Assembly (NCBI GenBank): GCA_036946415.1
Contig: JAQIJD010000003.1
Coordinates: 107,772-171,771, forward strand
DNA: 64,000 bases
DNA from: Edaphosphingomonas fennica
GTDB lineage: Bacteria; Pseudomonadota; Alphaproteobacteria; Sphingomonadales; Sphingomonadaceae
Direction: 5' to 3'
This document shows positions 54,510-62,347 of this stretch, piece after piece (the first letter of the stretch is position 1; each line of letters begins with the position of its first letter). The notes under the pieces are model-generated. The model saw only the letters and a list, made by a program, of their open reading frames with translations. It ran no database searches and was not told where the DNA came from. The position numbers and the translations under genes are program-made.

Positions 54510-56038
54510 CAGGCTGCCTCCTTCGCCTCCAGCCGCGGGAAGACGCCCGCGGGCGGCGGCAGCACGAGGCCGGGCGCGAGGCGCTGCCCGAGATGCGCGA
54601 AGTCGCGGGCGTCCGCCCCCTGCCCCAGTTGATCGAGCAGCCGGTCCGCGCTCGCCGGGATCGCCCAGCGGACGAGGATGGCGAGCTGGCGCACCGCGTC
54701 CGCCGCTTCGTAGAGGACGGCATCGGCGGCGGCGGGATCGGTCTTGCGCAGCGCCCAGGGGGCGGCATCGGCGAAATAGCGATTGGCCTCGGCCACCGCC
54801 TCCCAAATCGCCTCCAGCGCACGATGCGGCGCCAGCGCCGCCATCGCCTCGTCGAGCTTCGCCCTGGCGGTGGCGAGCGCCGGCAGCAATGGCCCCGCCG
54901 CATCCGCCGGCGCCGGCACGAACCCGCCGCAGCTTTTGGCGATGATCGACAGGCAGCGCTGCGCCAGATTGCCGAGGCCGTTGGCGAGATCGGCATTGCT
55001 GCGCGTCACGATCGCGTCCGGGCTGTAGGTTCCGTCCTGTCCGAAGCTCACCTCGCGCAGGAGGAAATAGCGGAGCGGATCGACGCCATAGGTTTCGGCC
55101 AGCCCGATCGGATCGATGACGTTGCCGAGCGATTTCGACATCTTCTCGCCGCGGTTGAGGACGAAGCCGTGGCCGAACACCGCCTTCGGGCAGGGCAGCC
55201 CCGCGGACATCAGGAAAGCCGGCCAGTAGACCGCGTGGAAGCGGACGATATCCTTGCCGATGATGTGCAGGTCCGCAGGCCAGAAGCGTGCCATCGCCGC
55301 CGTCTCGTCGGGATAGCCGAGGCCGGTCAGATAATTGGTGAGCGCATCCACCCAGACGTACATGACATGGCCGTCGGCATCGGGCACCGGCACGCCCCAA
55401 TCGAAACTCGTCCGGGACACCGACAGGTCGGACAGGCCACCACGAACGAATGCAAGCACTTCGTTCCGCCGGCTCTCGGGCTGTATGAAGTCGGGATGCG
55501 CCTCGTAATGCGCCAGCAGCCGGTCCTGGAAGGCGGACAGGCGGAAGAACCAGCTTTCTTCGACCGTCCATTCGACCGGCGTGCCCTGCGGCGAGAGCTT
55601 CACGCCCCCCTCCCCGTCGACGATCTCCTTCTCGTCGTAGAAGGCCTCGTCGCGCACCGAATACCAACCTTCGTAGCGGCCGAGGTAGAGGTCGCCCGAC
55701 GCCTCCATCGCCCGCCAGATCGCTTGGCTGGCGCGATGATGCACCGGCTCCGTGGTGCGGATATAGCGATCGTACGAGATGTTGAGGAGGTCGTCCATCT
55801 CCCTGAATGCGCTCGACATTCTATCGACCAGTTGCTGCGGCGTGCAGCCTTCGTCGCGCGCCTTCTGCGCCATCTTCAGGCCATGTTCGTCGGTGCCGGT
55901 CATGAAGAAGACGTCGCGCCCGGCGAGCCGCTGATAGCGGGCGATGGCGTCGGCCGCGATCACCTCATAGGCGAAGCCGATGTGCGGCTTGCCGTTAGGG
56001 TAGGCGATGGCGGTGGTGATGTAGAAGGGTTCGGCCAT
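54509..56038 (-). CDS. metG: Methionine--tRNA ligase (HIGF variant)
   Basis: [40 protein letters not shown]. Confidence 0.96.
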   Translation of the reverse strand: MAEPFYITTAIAYPNGKPHIGFAYEVIAADAIARYQRLAGRDVFFMTGTDEHGLKMAQKARDEGCTPQQLVDRMSSAFREMDDLLNISYDRYIRTTEPVHHRASQAIWRAMEASGDLYLGRYEGWYSVRDEAFYDEKEIVDGEGGVKLSPQGTPVEWTVEESWFFRLSAFQDRLLAHYEAHPDFIQPESRRNEVLAFVRGGLSDLSVSRTSFDWGVPVPDADGHVMYVWVDALTNYLTGLGYPDETAAMARFWPADLHIIGKDIVRFHAVYWPAFLMSAGLPCPKAVFGHGFVLNRGEKMSKSLGNVIDPIGLAETYGVDPLRYFLLREVSFGQDGTYSPDAIVTRSNADLANGLGNLAQRCLSIIAKSCGGFVPAPADAAGPLLPALATARAKLDEAMAALAPHRALEAIWEAVAEANRYFADAAPWALRKTDPAAADAVLYEAADAVRQLAILVRWAIPASADRLLDQLGQGADARDFAHLGQRLAPGLVLPPPAGVFPRLEAKEAA

Positions 56039-56078
56039 GCCGGCGGCTTTAGAGCCTGATCGTCCGGCGTGGAAGGGT

Positions 56079-57032
56079 TCAGCGTGGCGCGACGCTCGCC
56101 ACCAGCCCCGCCAGTTCGAAGGCGGTCGCCTGCGGATCGAGAGAAAGGCGGACCGCGCCCTCCGCCAGCCCCCGCGCCTTTTCCCACGCGCCGATCGCCG
56201 TCGCTAGCGCGGGCCCCTGCCGCCCGCGTGCGGCGCGGGCGATGCGCGCCGGCGCGCGCTCCAAGAACAGTTCGTAGCGCGCCTGTGCCGCCTTGGTGCC
56301 GAGCGCGCGCGCCAGCCGCGTGCGTTCGCCATTGCCGGGATCGCCCGTCTCCGCCAGCCGGTCGATCGCCAGATCGAGCGCCGCCACGTCCAGCCCGGCG
56401 AAGCGCAATGCGGTGCCGGGGGCGCCGCCGGCCAGCGGCGCCAGGGTAGCCGCCTCCGCCGGATCGTCGAGCGTCTGTCGCAGCACCGCTGCGACCTCCT
56501 CGGCCGAGAGCGGCTGGAAGCGCAGCAGGCGGCAGCGCGAACGGATCGTCGGCAGCAGCCGGCCCGGCGCGTGGCTGACGAGGAGGAAGGTGGTCCCCTG
56601 CGGCGGTTCCTCCAGATTCTTGAGCAGCGCATTCGCCGCGCCGCGTTCCAGATCGTCGACCGCGTCGATCAGGATCACCCGCCGCGGCGACAGCGAAGGA
56701 CTGGTCGCGAACATCGGCCCCAGCGCGCGGACCTGCGCCACGCTGATCGAGCGCGCCAGTTCGCGCGACGCCCCCTCCTTCTCCAGCCGGGCGATCCGGC
56801 GGTAATCGGGGTGCGACCCCGCCTCGATCAGCCGCGCCGCCGGATCGTCCGCCGGCGTCTCGAAGCGCGGCCCGGCGGCGCCGGTCAGCAGGTGCAGGGC
56901 CGCCGCCTCGGCAAAGCGGGCCTTGCCGATGCCCTGTGCGCCCGCCAGCAGCCAGGCATGATGCAGCCGCCCGTCGCCGGCCGCCGCGGTGAACGCCGCC
57001 ACCTGCGCGGCATGGCCGACCAGCCCGCTCAC
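56079..57032 (-). CDS. holB: DNA polymerase III delta' subunit
   Basis: [37 protein letters not shown]. Confidence 0.93.
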   Translation of the reverse strand: MSGLVGHAAQVAAFTAAAGDGRLHHAWLLAGAQGIGKARFAEAAALHLLTGAAGPRFETPADDPAARLIEAGSHPDYRRIARLEKEGASRELARSISVAQVRALGPMFATSPSLSPRRVILIDAVDDLERGAANALLKNLEEPPQGTTFLLVSHAPGRLLPTIRSRCRLLRFQPLSAEEVAAVLRQTLDDPAEAATLAPLAGGAPGTALRFAGLDVAALDLAIDRLAETGDPGNGERTRLARALGTKAAQARYELFLERAPARIARAARGRQGPALATAIGAWEKARGLAEGAVRLSLDPQATAFELAGLVASVAPR

Positions 57033-57643
57033 AGCAGGTCCGCCAGCGCCGCCAGCGCCCGCGCCGTCACCGTATCGGGGTCGCCCGCCGCGTCGATCAC
57101 GCGGAACCGTTCCAGCTCCGCCGCTGCGAGGCTCCCGAAACTGGCGGCGACGGCGGCGTGGAAGGCCGGCCCGCGCGCCGCCATCCGGTCCGCCGCCGCC
57201 TCGCGTCGCAGCCCCTCGGCGGGGTCCAGCGCCAGCAGCAAGGTGCGATCGGGCAGCAGCCCGCCCGATCCGATGGCGTGCAGCGCGCGGATCGCCGCCT
57301 CGCCCACGCCGCCCGCCCCGCCCTGATAGGCGATCGAACTGTCCAGGAAGCGGTCGCACAGCACCCAGCGGCCTGCGGCGAGCGCGGGGCGGATGACGCG
57401 TTCGACATGGTCGGCCCGCGCCGCGGCGAACAGCAGCGCTTCGGCCCCCGCCCCCCAGCGATCCGCGCCGCCCGCCAGCACCAGCGCGCGGATCGCCTCC
57501 GCGCCGGGGCTGCCGCCGGGTTCGCGCGTCACCAGCACGTCATGCCCCCGCGCACGCAAGGCTTCGGCCAGCCGCGCCGCCTGCGTCGACTTGCCGGCGC
57601 CCTCGCCCCCTTCGAGGCTGACGAACCGGCCGCGCGCCGTCAC
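57029..57643 (-). CDS. tmk: Thymidylate kinase
   Basis: EGGEGAGKSTQ, TREPGG, CDRFLDSSIAYQG. Confidence 0.96.
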   Translation of the reverse strand: MTARGRFVSLEGGEGAGKSTQAARLAEALRARGHDVLVTREPGGSPGAEAIRALVLAGGADRWGAGAEALLFAAARADHVERVIRPALAAGRWVLCDRFLDSSIAYQGGAGGVGEAAIRALHAIGSGGLLPDRTLLLALDPAEGLRREAAADRMAARGPAFHAAVAASFGSLAAAELERFRVIDAAGDPDTVTARALAALADLL

Positions 57644-58821
57644 GCCCCGAACAGGCGGCGGACGCCGGCGGCAATCCGATCGAGGAAGCCCGCCTCGCCC
57701 ACCGCAGCGCCCGCCACCAGTGGCAGCATCTGCGGCGGCGCATCGGCGGTGCGGACCATCAGGTCGGCGATATGCTGGCCCTTGGCGATCGGCGCCTTGA
57801 TTGGCCCCTGATAGACCACGGACACCTTCATGTCCTGGCCGAGGCCCGCCGGCACCGTCACCGTCAGGTCGCGCGCGGCGACGAGCGGCACGGTCGCGGC
57901 GTCGCCCTGCTGGACGCGGGCGGTGCCCGCCGACCTGCCGGCGGCGAGCACGGGCTTGGCCGTCCACGCGCGGAAGCCCCAGTTCATGAAGGAGACGGAC
58001 TGGTCGATCCGCTGGTTGAACGAGGTCAGCCCCGCCAGCACCATCACCAGCCGCCGCCCGTTCTGGATGGCCGAGCCGGTGAAGCCGTAGCCCGCCTCCT
58101 CGGTATGGCCGGTCTTGAGGCCATCGGCCCCGGCGACGCGGCCGAGCAGCGGATCGCGATTGGCCTGGGTGATCGCGGCGCCCGAACCTAACGTCTTGCC
58201 CCAGGTGAAGTTCGGGCGGCTGTAGAAGGTCTTGTAGAGCTGCGGGAACCGTTCAATCGTGGCGGAGGCGAGCGTGGCGAGATCGCGCGCGCTCACATAG
58301 GTCACGCCATTGTCGGGCCAGCCGTTGGACGTGCCGAAATTGCTGTTGGTCAGGCCCAGTTCCTTCGCCCGCTGGTTCATCAGCGCGACGAACGCCGGTT
58401 CGGTGCCGGCGATCTGCTCGGCCAGCACCACGCAGGCGTCGTTGCCGGACAAGGTGACGATGCCGAACAGCAGATTGGCGACCGAGACCTGCTCGCCGGG
58501 CGAGAGGAACATGGTGGAGCCGGCCTTCGGCCCATGCCACTGGCGCCACGTCTCGGGCCGCACCGTCGCCATCGTATCCAGCTTCAGCTCGCCCTTGCGG
58601 ATGAGATCGAAGGCGACATAGACCGTCATCATCTTCGCCATCGAGGCGGGCGGGATGCGCCGGTCGGCATCCTTGGCGTAGAGCACCGCGCCGGACGACA
58701 GATCCTTCATGAAGGCGATGGGCGCCGGCGTTTCGAACGGCGGCGCGGCGGCGCGCGCGGCGCCGAAAGCCAGGCCGGCGGCGGCGATCGGGGTGGCGAT
58801 ACGGAAAAGCAAGTGTGCCAT
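57640..58821 (-). CDS. D-alanyl-D-alanine carboxypeptidase (PBP5/6)
   Basis: PASMAK (SxxK), SGN, LKTG; signal peptide. Confidence 0.93.
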   Translation of the reverse strand: MAHLLFRIATPIAAAGLAFGAARAAAPPFETPAPIAFMKDLSSGAVLYAKDADRRIPPASMAKMMTVYVAFDLIRKGELKLDTMATVRPETWRQWHGPKAGSTMFLSPGEQVSVANLLFGIVTLSGNDACVVLAEQIAGTEPAFVALMNQRAKELGLTNSNFGTSNGWPDNGVTYVSARDLATLASATIERFPQLYKTFYSRPNFTWGKTLGSGAAITQANRDPLLGRVAGADGLKTGHTEEAGYGFTGSAIQNGRRLVMVLAGLTSFNQRIDQSVSFMNWGFRAWTAKPVLAAGRSAGTARVQQGDAATVPLVAARDLTVTVPAGLGQDMKVSVVYQGPIKAPIAKGQHIADLMVRTADAPPQMLPLVAGAAVGEAGFLDRIAAGVRRLFGA

Positions 58822-58844
58822 CCTGTCCTCAAGCGGCTGAAAGG

Positions 58845-59723
58845 TCATTGGGCCGGCTTCACCAGCCGCGCGCCCTGATAGCCGCGCGCGCCCATCTGCG
58901 CCAGCACGAGCGTGGCGGACGGTTCGTCGGGATAGGGGCCGAGGCGGACGCGGTAGAGGCCGTTCGCCTGGCTAACCTGGCCGCCCACCTCGCGCGCCAG
59001 CCGGGCGGCGCGATCGGGATCGCCATAGGCGCCGATCTGGACCGACCAGCCGGCGGTGACGCTCGTCTGCGGGATCGCCTGCGGCACCACCGGCGGCGGA
59101 TCGGGTGCGCGCGCCAGCATCCGGCGGCGGCCCTCGGCCAGCTCGCTTTCGGTGGCGTACGGCAGGTCGCGCGCCGCCGAACCGGAGCGGAGCGCGAGGC
59201 GATCGGCCTCTGCCGGCACCACCCGCCGGACGCGGACCGGGCCGATGCCGGCGCGGTCGATCCCCAGCATCTGCGCCGCGCGGCGCGACAGATCGATGAT
59301 GCGGTTGGGCACGAACGGCCCGCGATCGTTGACGCGGACGAGGATCGTACGCCCGGTGCGCAGCGAAGTGACCGCGGCATAGCTCGGCAGCGGCATCGTC
59401 TTGTGCGCCGCGCCGACCATGTCCATGTCGTACCGCTCGCCATTGGCGGTGAGACCGCCGTGGAAATCGGCGCCGTACCAGCTGGCGATGCCCACCTCGT
59501 CATAGGCGGGATCGTCGACCGGCGTGTAGGTGATGCCCAGCACCGTATAGGGTTTGCCGATCTTGACCGGCGTATCCGGCACCGGCCCGCGGGGGGCGGC
59601 AGGCGGCCGGGCGGTGGCCGGCGGGGCGGACGTCCGCGGCGGCGGGGCCCGCCGCTCCCCCGCGCAGGCGGCCAGCGCCAGCGCCAGCAGCAGGCCGCCG
59701 CCGGCCCTATTCGACGATCGCAT
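58845..59723 (-). CDS. rlpA: RlpA septal lytic transglycosylase with SPOR domain
   Basis: Lipobox LAAC, GIASWYG, AAHKT.P.PS, VNDRGPF, RIIDLS, C-terminal SPOR. Confidence 0.92.
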   Translation of the reverse strand: MRSSNRAGGGLLLALALAACAGERRAPPPRTSAPPATARPPAAPRGPVPDTPVKIGKPYTVLGITYTPVDDPAYDEVGIASWYGADFHGGLTANGERYDMDMVGAAHKTMPLPSYAAVTSLRTGRTILVRVNDRGPFVPNRIIDLSRRAAQMLGIDRAGIGPVRVRRVVPAEADRLALRSGSAARDLPYATESELAEGRRRMLARAPDPPPVVPQAIPQTSVTAGWSVQIGAYGDPDRAARLAREVGGQVSQANGLYRVRLGPYPDEPSATLVLAQMGARGYQGARLVKPAQ

Positions 59724-60762
59724 CGGCCAGCAGCGTGACGGACAGCGCATAATGGTTGGAGCAATTGTAGGAGAGGATCGGCCGGTAGTTGGTCGTCAGC
59801 AGATAGGCGGTGGCGCCGGGGCCGTCCGGCTCGATCAGCGTCACCATCTCGCGGTCGGCAGGTGCGCGGGCCCCCAGAGGCTGCACGCCCATCGCCCGCC
59901 ATTCGGCCATCGTCAGCCAGCGGCTGTGCTGGGCGTGGACGCGGCCGCATTCGGGCGCGGTGGCGCGCGGGCGGAGCGCTGTGCGATCGATCGCATCGGG
60001 CACGCGCACGGGCACGCCCCACATCACCCCCGGCTTCCACCCGGCATCGGCCAGATAGCGGCCGATCGAGGCGAGCGCGTCCGCCTCGCTGGTCCAGATA
60101 TCGGCGCGCCCGTCCCCGTCCCCGTCCGTCGCGAGGCGCAGGTAGGTGGAGGGCAGGAATTGCGGGAAGCCCGTGGCGCCCGCCCAGCTGCCCTTCAGCC
60201 GTTCGCGCGGCACGCCCTGATCGATCAGCTTCAGCGTCGCGAGATATTCGCCGGCGAACAGCGCCCGCCGCCGCCCGTCGAAGGCGAGGCTGGCGAGGCT
60301 GCGCGGCAGATCGAAAGTGCCGGTGACGGCGCCATAGCCCGTCTCCTGCCCGTAAATGCCGAGCAGGATCGGCCCCGCGACGCCCGTCTGCGCCTGCAAC
60401 CCCGCCAGCCGCGCCGAAAGGTTGCCGAGCTTGGTCTTGCCGCGCTGGATGCGATAGGGTTCGACATGCTTGGCGCGATAGGGCGCAAAGGGCGGCGGCG
60501 GCGCGGGATTGCCCGAAAAGCCGCCCGGCTGCCGCTGGTCGAGCGCGACCACCCGCGGGTTGAAGGTCAAGGTCGCCAGCACCCCGTCGAAGGTCTGCGG
60601 CCGCACCCCCTCCGCCAGCGCGCGCGGGCGGAGCGTCGCGATATACTGGCGCAGCGCCTGATCCTGCGCGGACCATTCGGGCGCGGCCGCCCCCTCCTCC
60701 TGCGCGAAGGCGGGCGCGGCGAGGCACAGGGCAATGGCGGCGGCAAGGCGGAACGATCGCAT
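59707..60762 (-). CDS. Lytic murein transglycosylase (MltB family)
   Basis: GQETGYG, GSWAGATGFPQFLPS, DGDGDGRADIW, YNCS..YAL. Confidence 0.92.
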   Translation of the reverse strand: MRSFRLAAAIALCLAAPAFAQEEGAAAPEWSAQDQALRQYIATLRPRALAEGVRPQTFDGVLATLTFNPRVVALDQRQPGGFSGNPAPPPPFAPYRAKHVEPYRIQRGKTKLGNLSARLAGLQAQTGVAGPILLGIYGQETGYGAVTGTFDLPRSLASLAFDGRRRALFAGEYLATLKLIDQGVPRERLKGSWAGATGFPQFLPSTYLRLATDGDGDGRADIWTSEADALASIGRYLADAGWKPGVMWGVPVRVPDAIDRTALRPRATAPECGRVHAQHSRWLTMAEWRAMGVQPLGARAPADREMVTLIEPDGPGATAYLLTTNYRPILSYNCSNHYALSVTLLADAIVE

Positions 60763-60822
60763 GGCACGAGGCTCTTACACGGAAAGCCCGGCACCGGAAC
60801 CCTCGCCCCGCCCCCTCACCGC

Positions 60823-60852
60823 TTGCATCCCCCGCCCCATCGGCTCTAGCAG
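60823..60852 (+). promoter_or_regulatory. Probable promoter of the tRNA-Ser locus
   Basis: TTGCAT-N18-TAGCAG, 9 nt before the tRNA fragment. Confidence 0.45.
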
Positions 60853-60861
60853 AAGCGCACC

Positions 60862-60903
60862 GGGCAGGTGGCCGAGTGGTTTAAGGCAGCGGTCTTGAAA
60901 ACC
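60862..60903 (+). pseudogene. 5' half of a tRNA-Ser(TGA), broken just after the anticodon loop (att-like junction)
   Basis: GGGCAGG-TGGCCGAGTGGTTTAAGGC-A-GCGGT-CTTGAAA-ACC, with no variable arm, TTCGAATC or 3' acceptor strand following. Confidence 0.85.
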
Positions 60904-61024
60904 ACTGGAGTTACGTGCCCGACGGGGCGAAAAGGCGAGGACTTCTGCGGGTTTTCCGCTGAATCATGGTTGGGGCCGCAAACGCCCATAAGCATGTCGT
61001 AAGCGGTAAGCCGGCTTGTGGTAG

Positions 61025-61114
61025 GGAAGAGTGTCCGAGTGGTTTAAGGAACCGGTCTTGAAAACCGGCGAGCGGGCAACCGTTCCGTGGGTTCGAATCC
61101 CACCTCTTCCGCCA
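61025..61114 (+). tRNA. tRNA-Ser(TGA), complete, 90 nt, CCA encoded
   Basis: GGAAGAG/CTCTTCC acceptor stem, CCGGT-CTTGAAA-ACCGG anticodon arm, long variable arm, GTGGG-TTCGAAT-CCCAC T arm, GCCA end. Confidence 0.96.
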
Positions 61115-61175
61115 GCCCGTCTCATCTTTTCATTAGCCGCCTCCCTTCCCACGTCTGTGAGAGCAACGGGAGTTA

Positions 61176-61997
61176 ATGATGCCTCACAAGATTTTTCTCA
61201 GCCATAATCATAATGACAAGCCACTGGTAGAAGCGGTCGCGATCAAGCTCGCGTCTATCTTTGGGCAGGACCAAGTGTTTTACGACTCGTGGTCGATTCA
61301 GCCCGGGGACGGTATCATTGATAAGATGGATAAGGGATTGGAGGCGCCAGAGTTTGTATTCTTTTTCGTTTCAAATAATAGTCTTGCTAGTGGTATGGTA
61401 AGATTGGAATGGCAGAACGCGCTTTACTCGGCATCTAAGGGAAAGACTCGGATAATTCCTGTGCGGATTGACAGCAGCGATATGCCCGCAGTTCTTAAAC
61501 AAACCCTATTTGTCGATATGCATACAATAGGACTGGATGCAGCGATTGCGCAGATCGTCAGCGTCACACAAGGAAATGCCTCCTTTACGCCTCAGCACCT
61601 TGGCTTCTCAAACCTGAGCTATGCACGTAACAGCGGAGTTGATCGCTCTGTTGAGATCACAGTCAAGGCGTCACACTTGATGGAGCCAAATCCTCATTTC
61701 GCGCTAGTCGTGGGCAATTCGGAGGGAGAGCTCGAATGGGAGATGGTCAACCGCCAACCCTTTATAGGGGGTTTTAACAAAGATGCGGTTAAAGCCAGCG
61801 GCGGCGGCACCGCTAGTTGCATTTCATTTCGACCTCTTGGCGGAGCACTTACCCCCTCGCATCCTTTGAGGTTCCGAGTGAAGCCGCGCGGCAAGGCGCC
61901 GGTCCAATTCCTTGGGCTCCATCACCAGAAAGGCGAAGCGGAATGGGTGCCAGTTCCGATGGACACAAGCGGTTTCGTAGGCGTCAAGATTTCATAA
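61176..61997 (+). CDS. TIR-domain protein with an unrecognised beta-rich C-terminal domain
   Basis: KIFLSH..DK, VFYDSWSIQPGD.I, FFVS.NSL.S.MV.LEW, IIPVRID; GGGAG RBS. Confidence 0.88.
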   Translation: MMPHKIFLSHNHNDKPLVEAVAIKLASIFGQDQVFYDSWSIQPGDGIIDKMDKGLEAPEFVFFFVSNNSLASGMVRLEWQNALYSASKGKTRIIPVRIDSSDMPAVLKQTLFVDMHTIGLDAAIAQIVSVTQGNASFTPQHLGFSNLSYARNSGVDRSVEITVKASHLMEPNPHFALVVGNSEGELEWEMVNRQPFIGGFNKDAVKASGGGTASCISFRPLGGALTPSHPLRFRVKPRGKAPVQFLGLHHQKGEAEWVPVPMDTSGFVGVKIS

Positions 61998-62347
61998 CGG
62001 CGCCCTGCAAGTTAGGTGTCGGTGGCAGGATCTGCTGATATTAGCCCGCATCCGCGCCCGCCCCCTTCCCCCGCCCAGAGTGCTCTACGATCGCGGCGAT
62101 AATCCTTGCCGCGGCTCGGTCAGATCAAGGCGGTGGTCAACGGAGTTTTCGAGACTGCTGCGAAAGACAGAGGAACCGTGGATTCCTTTTCACCGTGGCC
62201 CTCGTATCCAACCCCTGCTCGCCAGCCCCCACCAACATATTCCGCCTGATAGAAAAATTGCGATGGCGGCATGGCGGTAGAAGGCTACGCATACGTCTCT
62301 GCACAGGGCGACGGCAAAAGCCGAGCCGACGCACAAGGGGACAGACC

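Larger units (their letters stand above)
60904..62040. mobile_element. Genomic islet remnant without integrase (replacement tRNA-Ser plus TIR gene); right border approximate
   Basis: Begins at the broken tRNA; AT-richer than the flanks (e.g. 21 G+C in the 60 nt at 61321-61380); host-like GC resumes near 62045. Confidence 0.65.

Noticed and set aside
60904-61024. Possible intron or permuted/split tRNA between the two tRNA-Ser pieces
   Set aside because: The downstream tRNA is complete by itself, its 3' acceptor strand (CTCTTCC) does not pair with GGGCAGG, and 121 nt is too short for a group I intron.
61109-62050. AGCCCG after the tRNA and again near 62043 as an att direct repeat
   Set aside because: Only 6 bp in GC-rich DNA; not significant.
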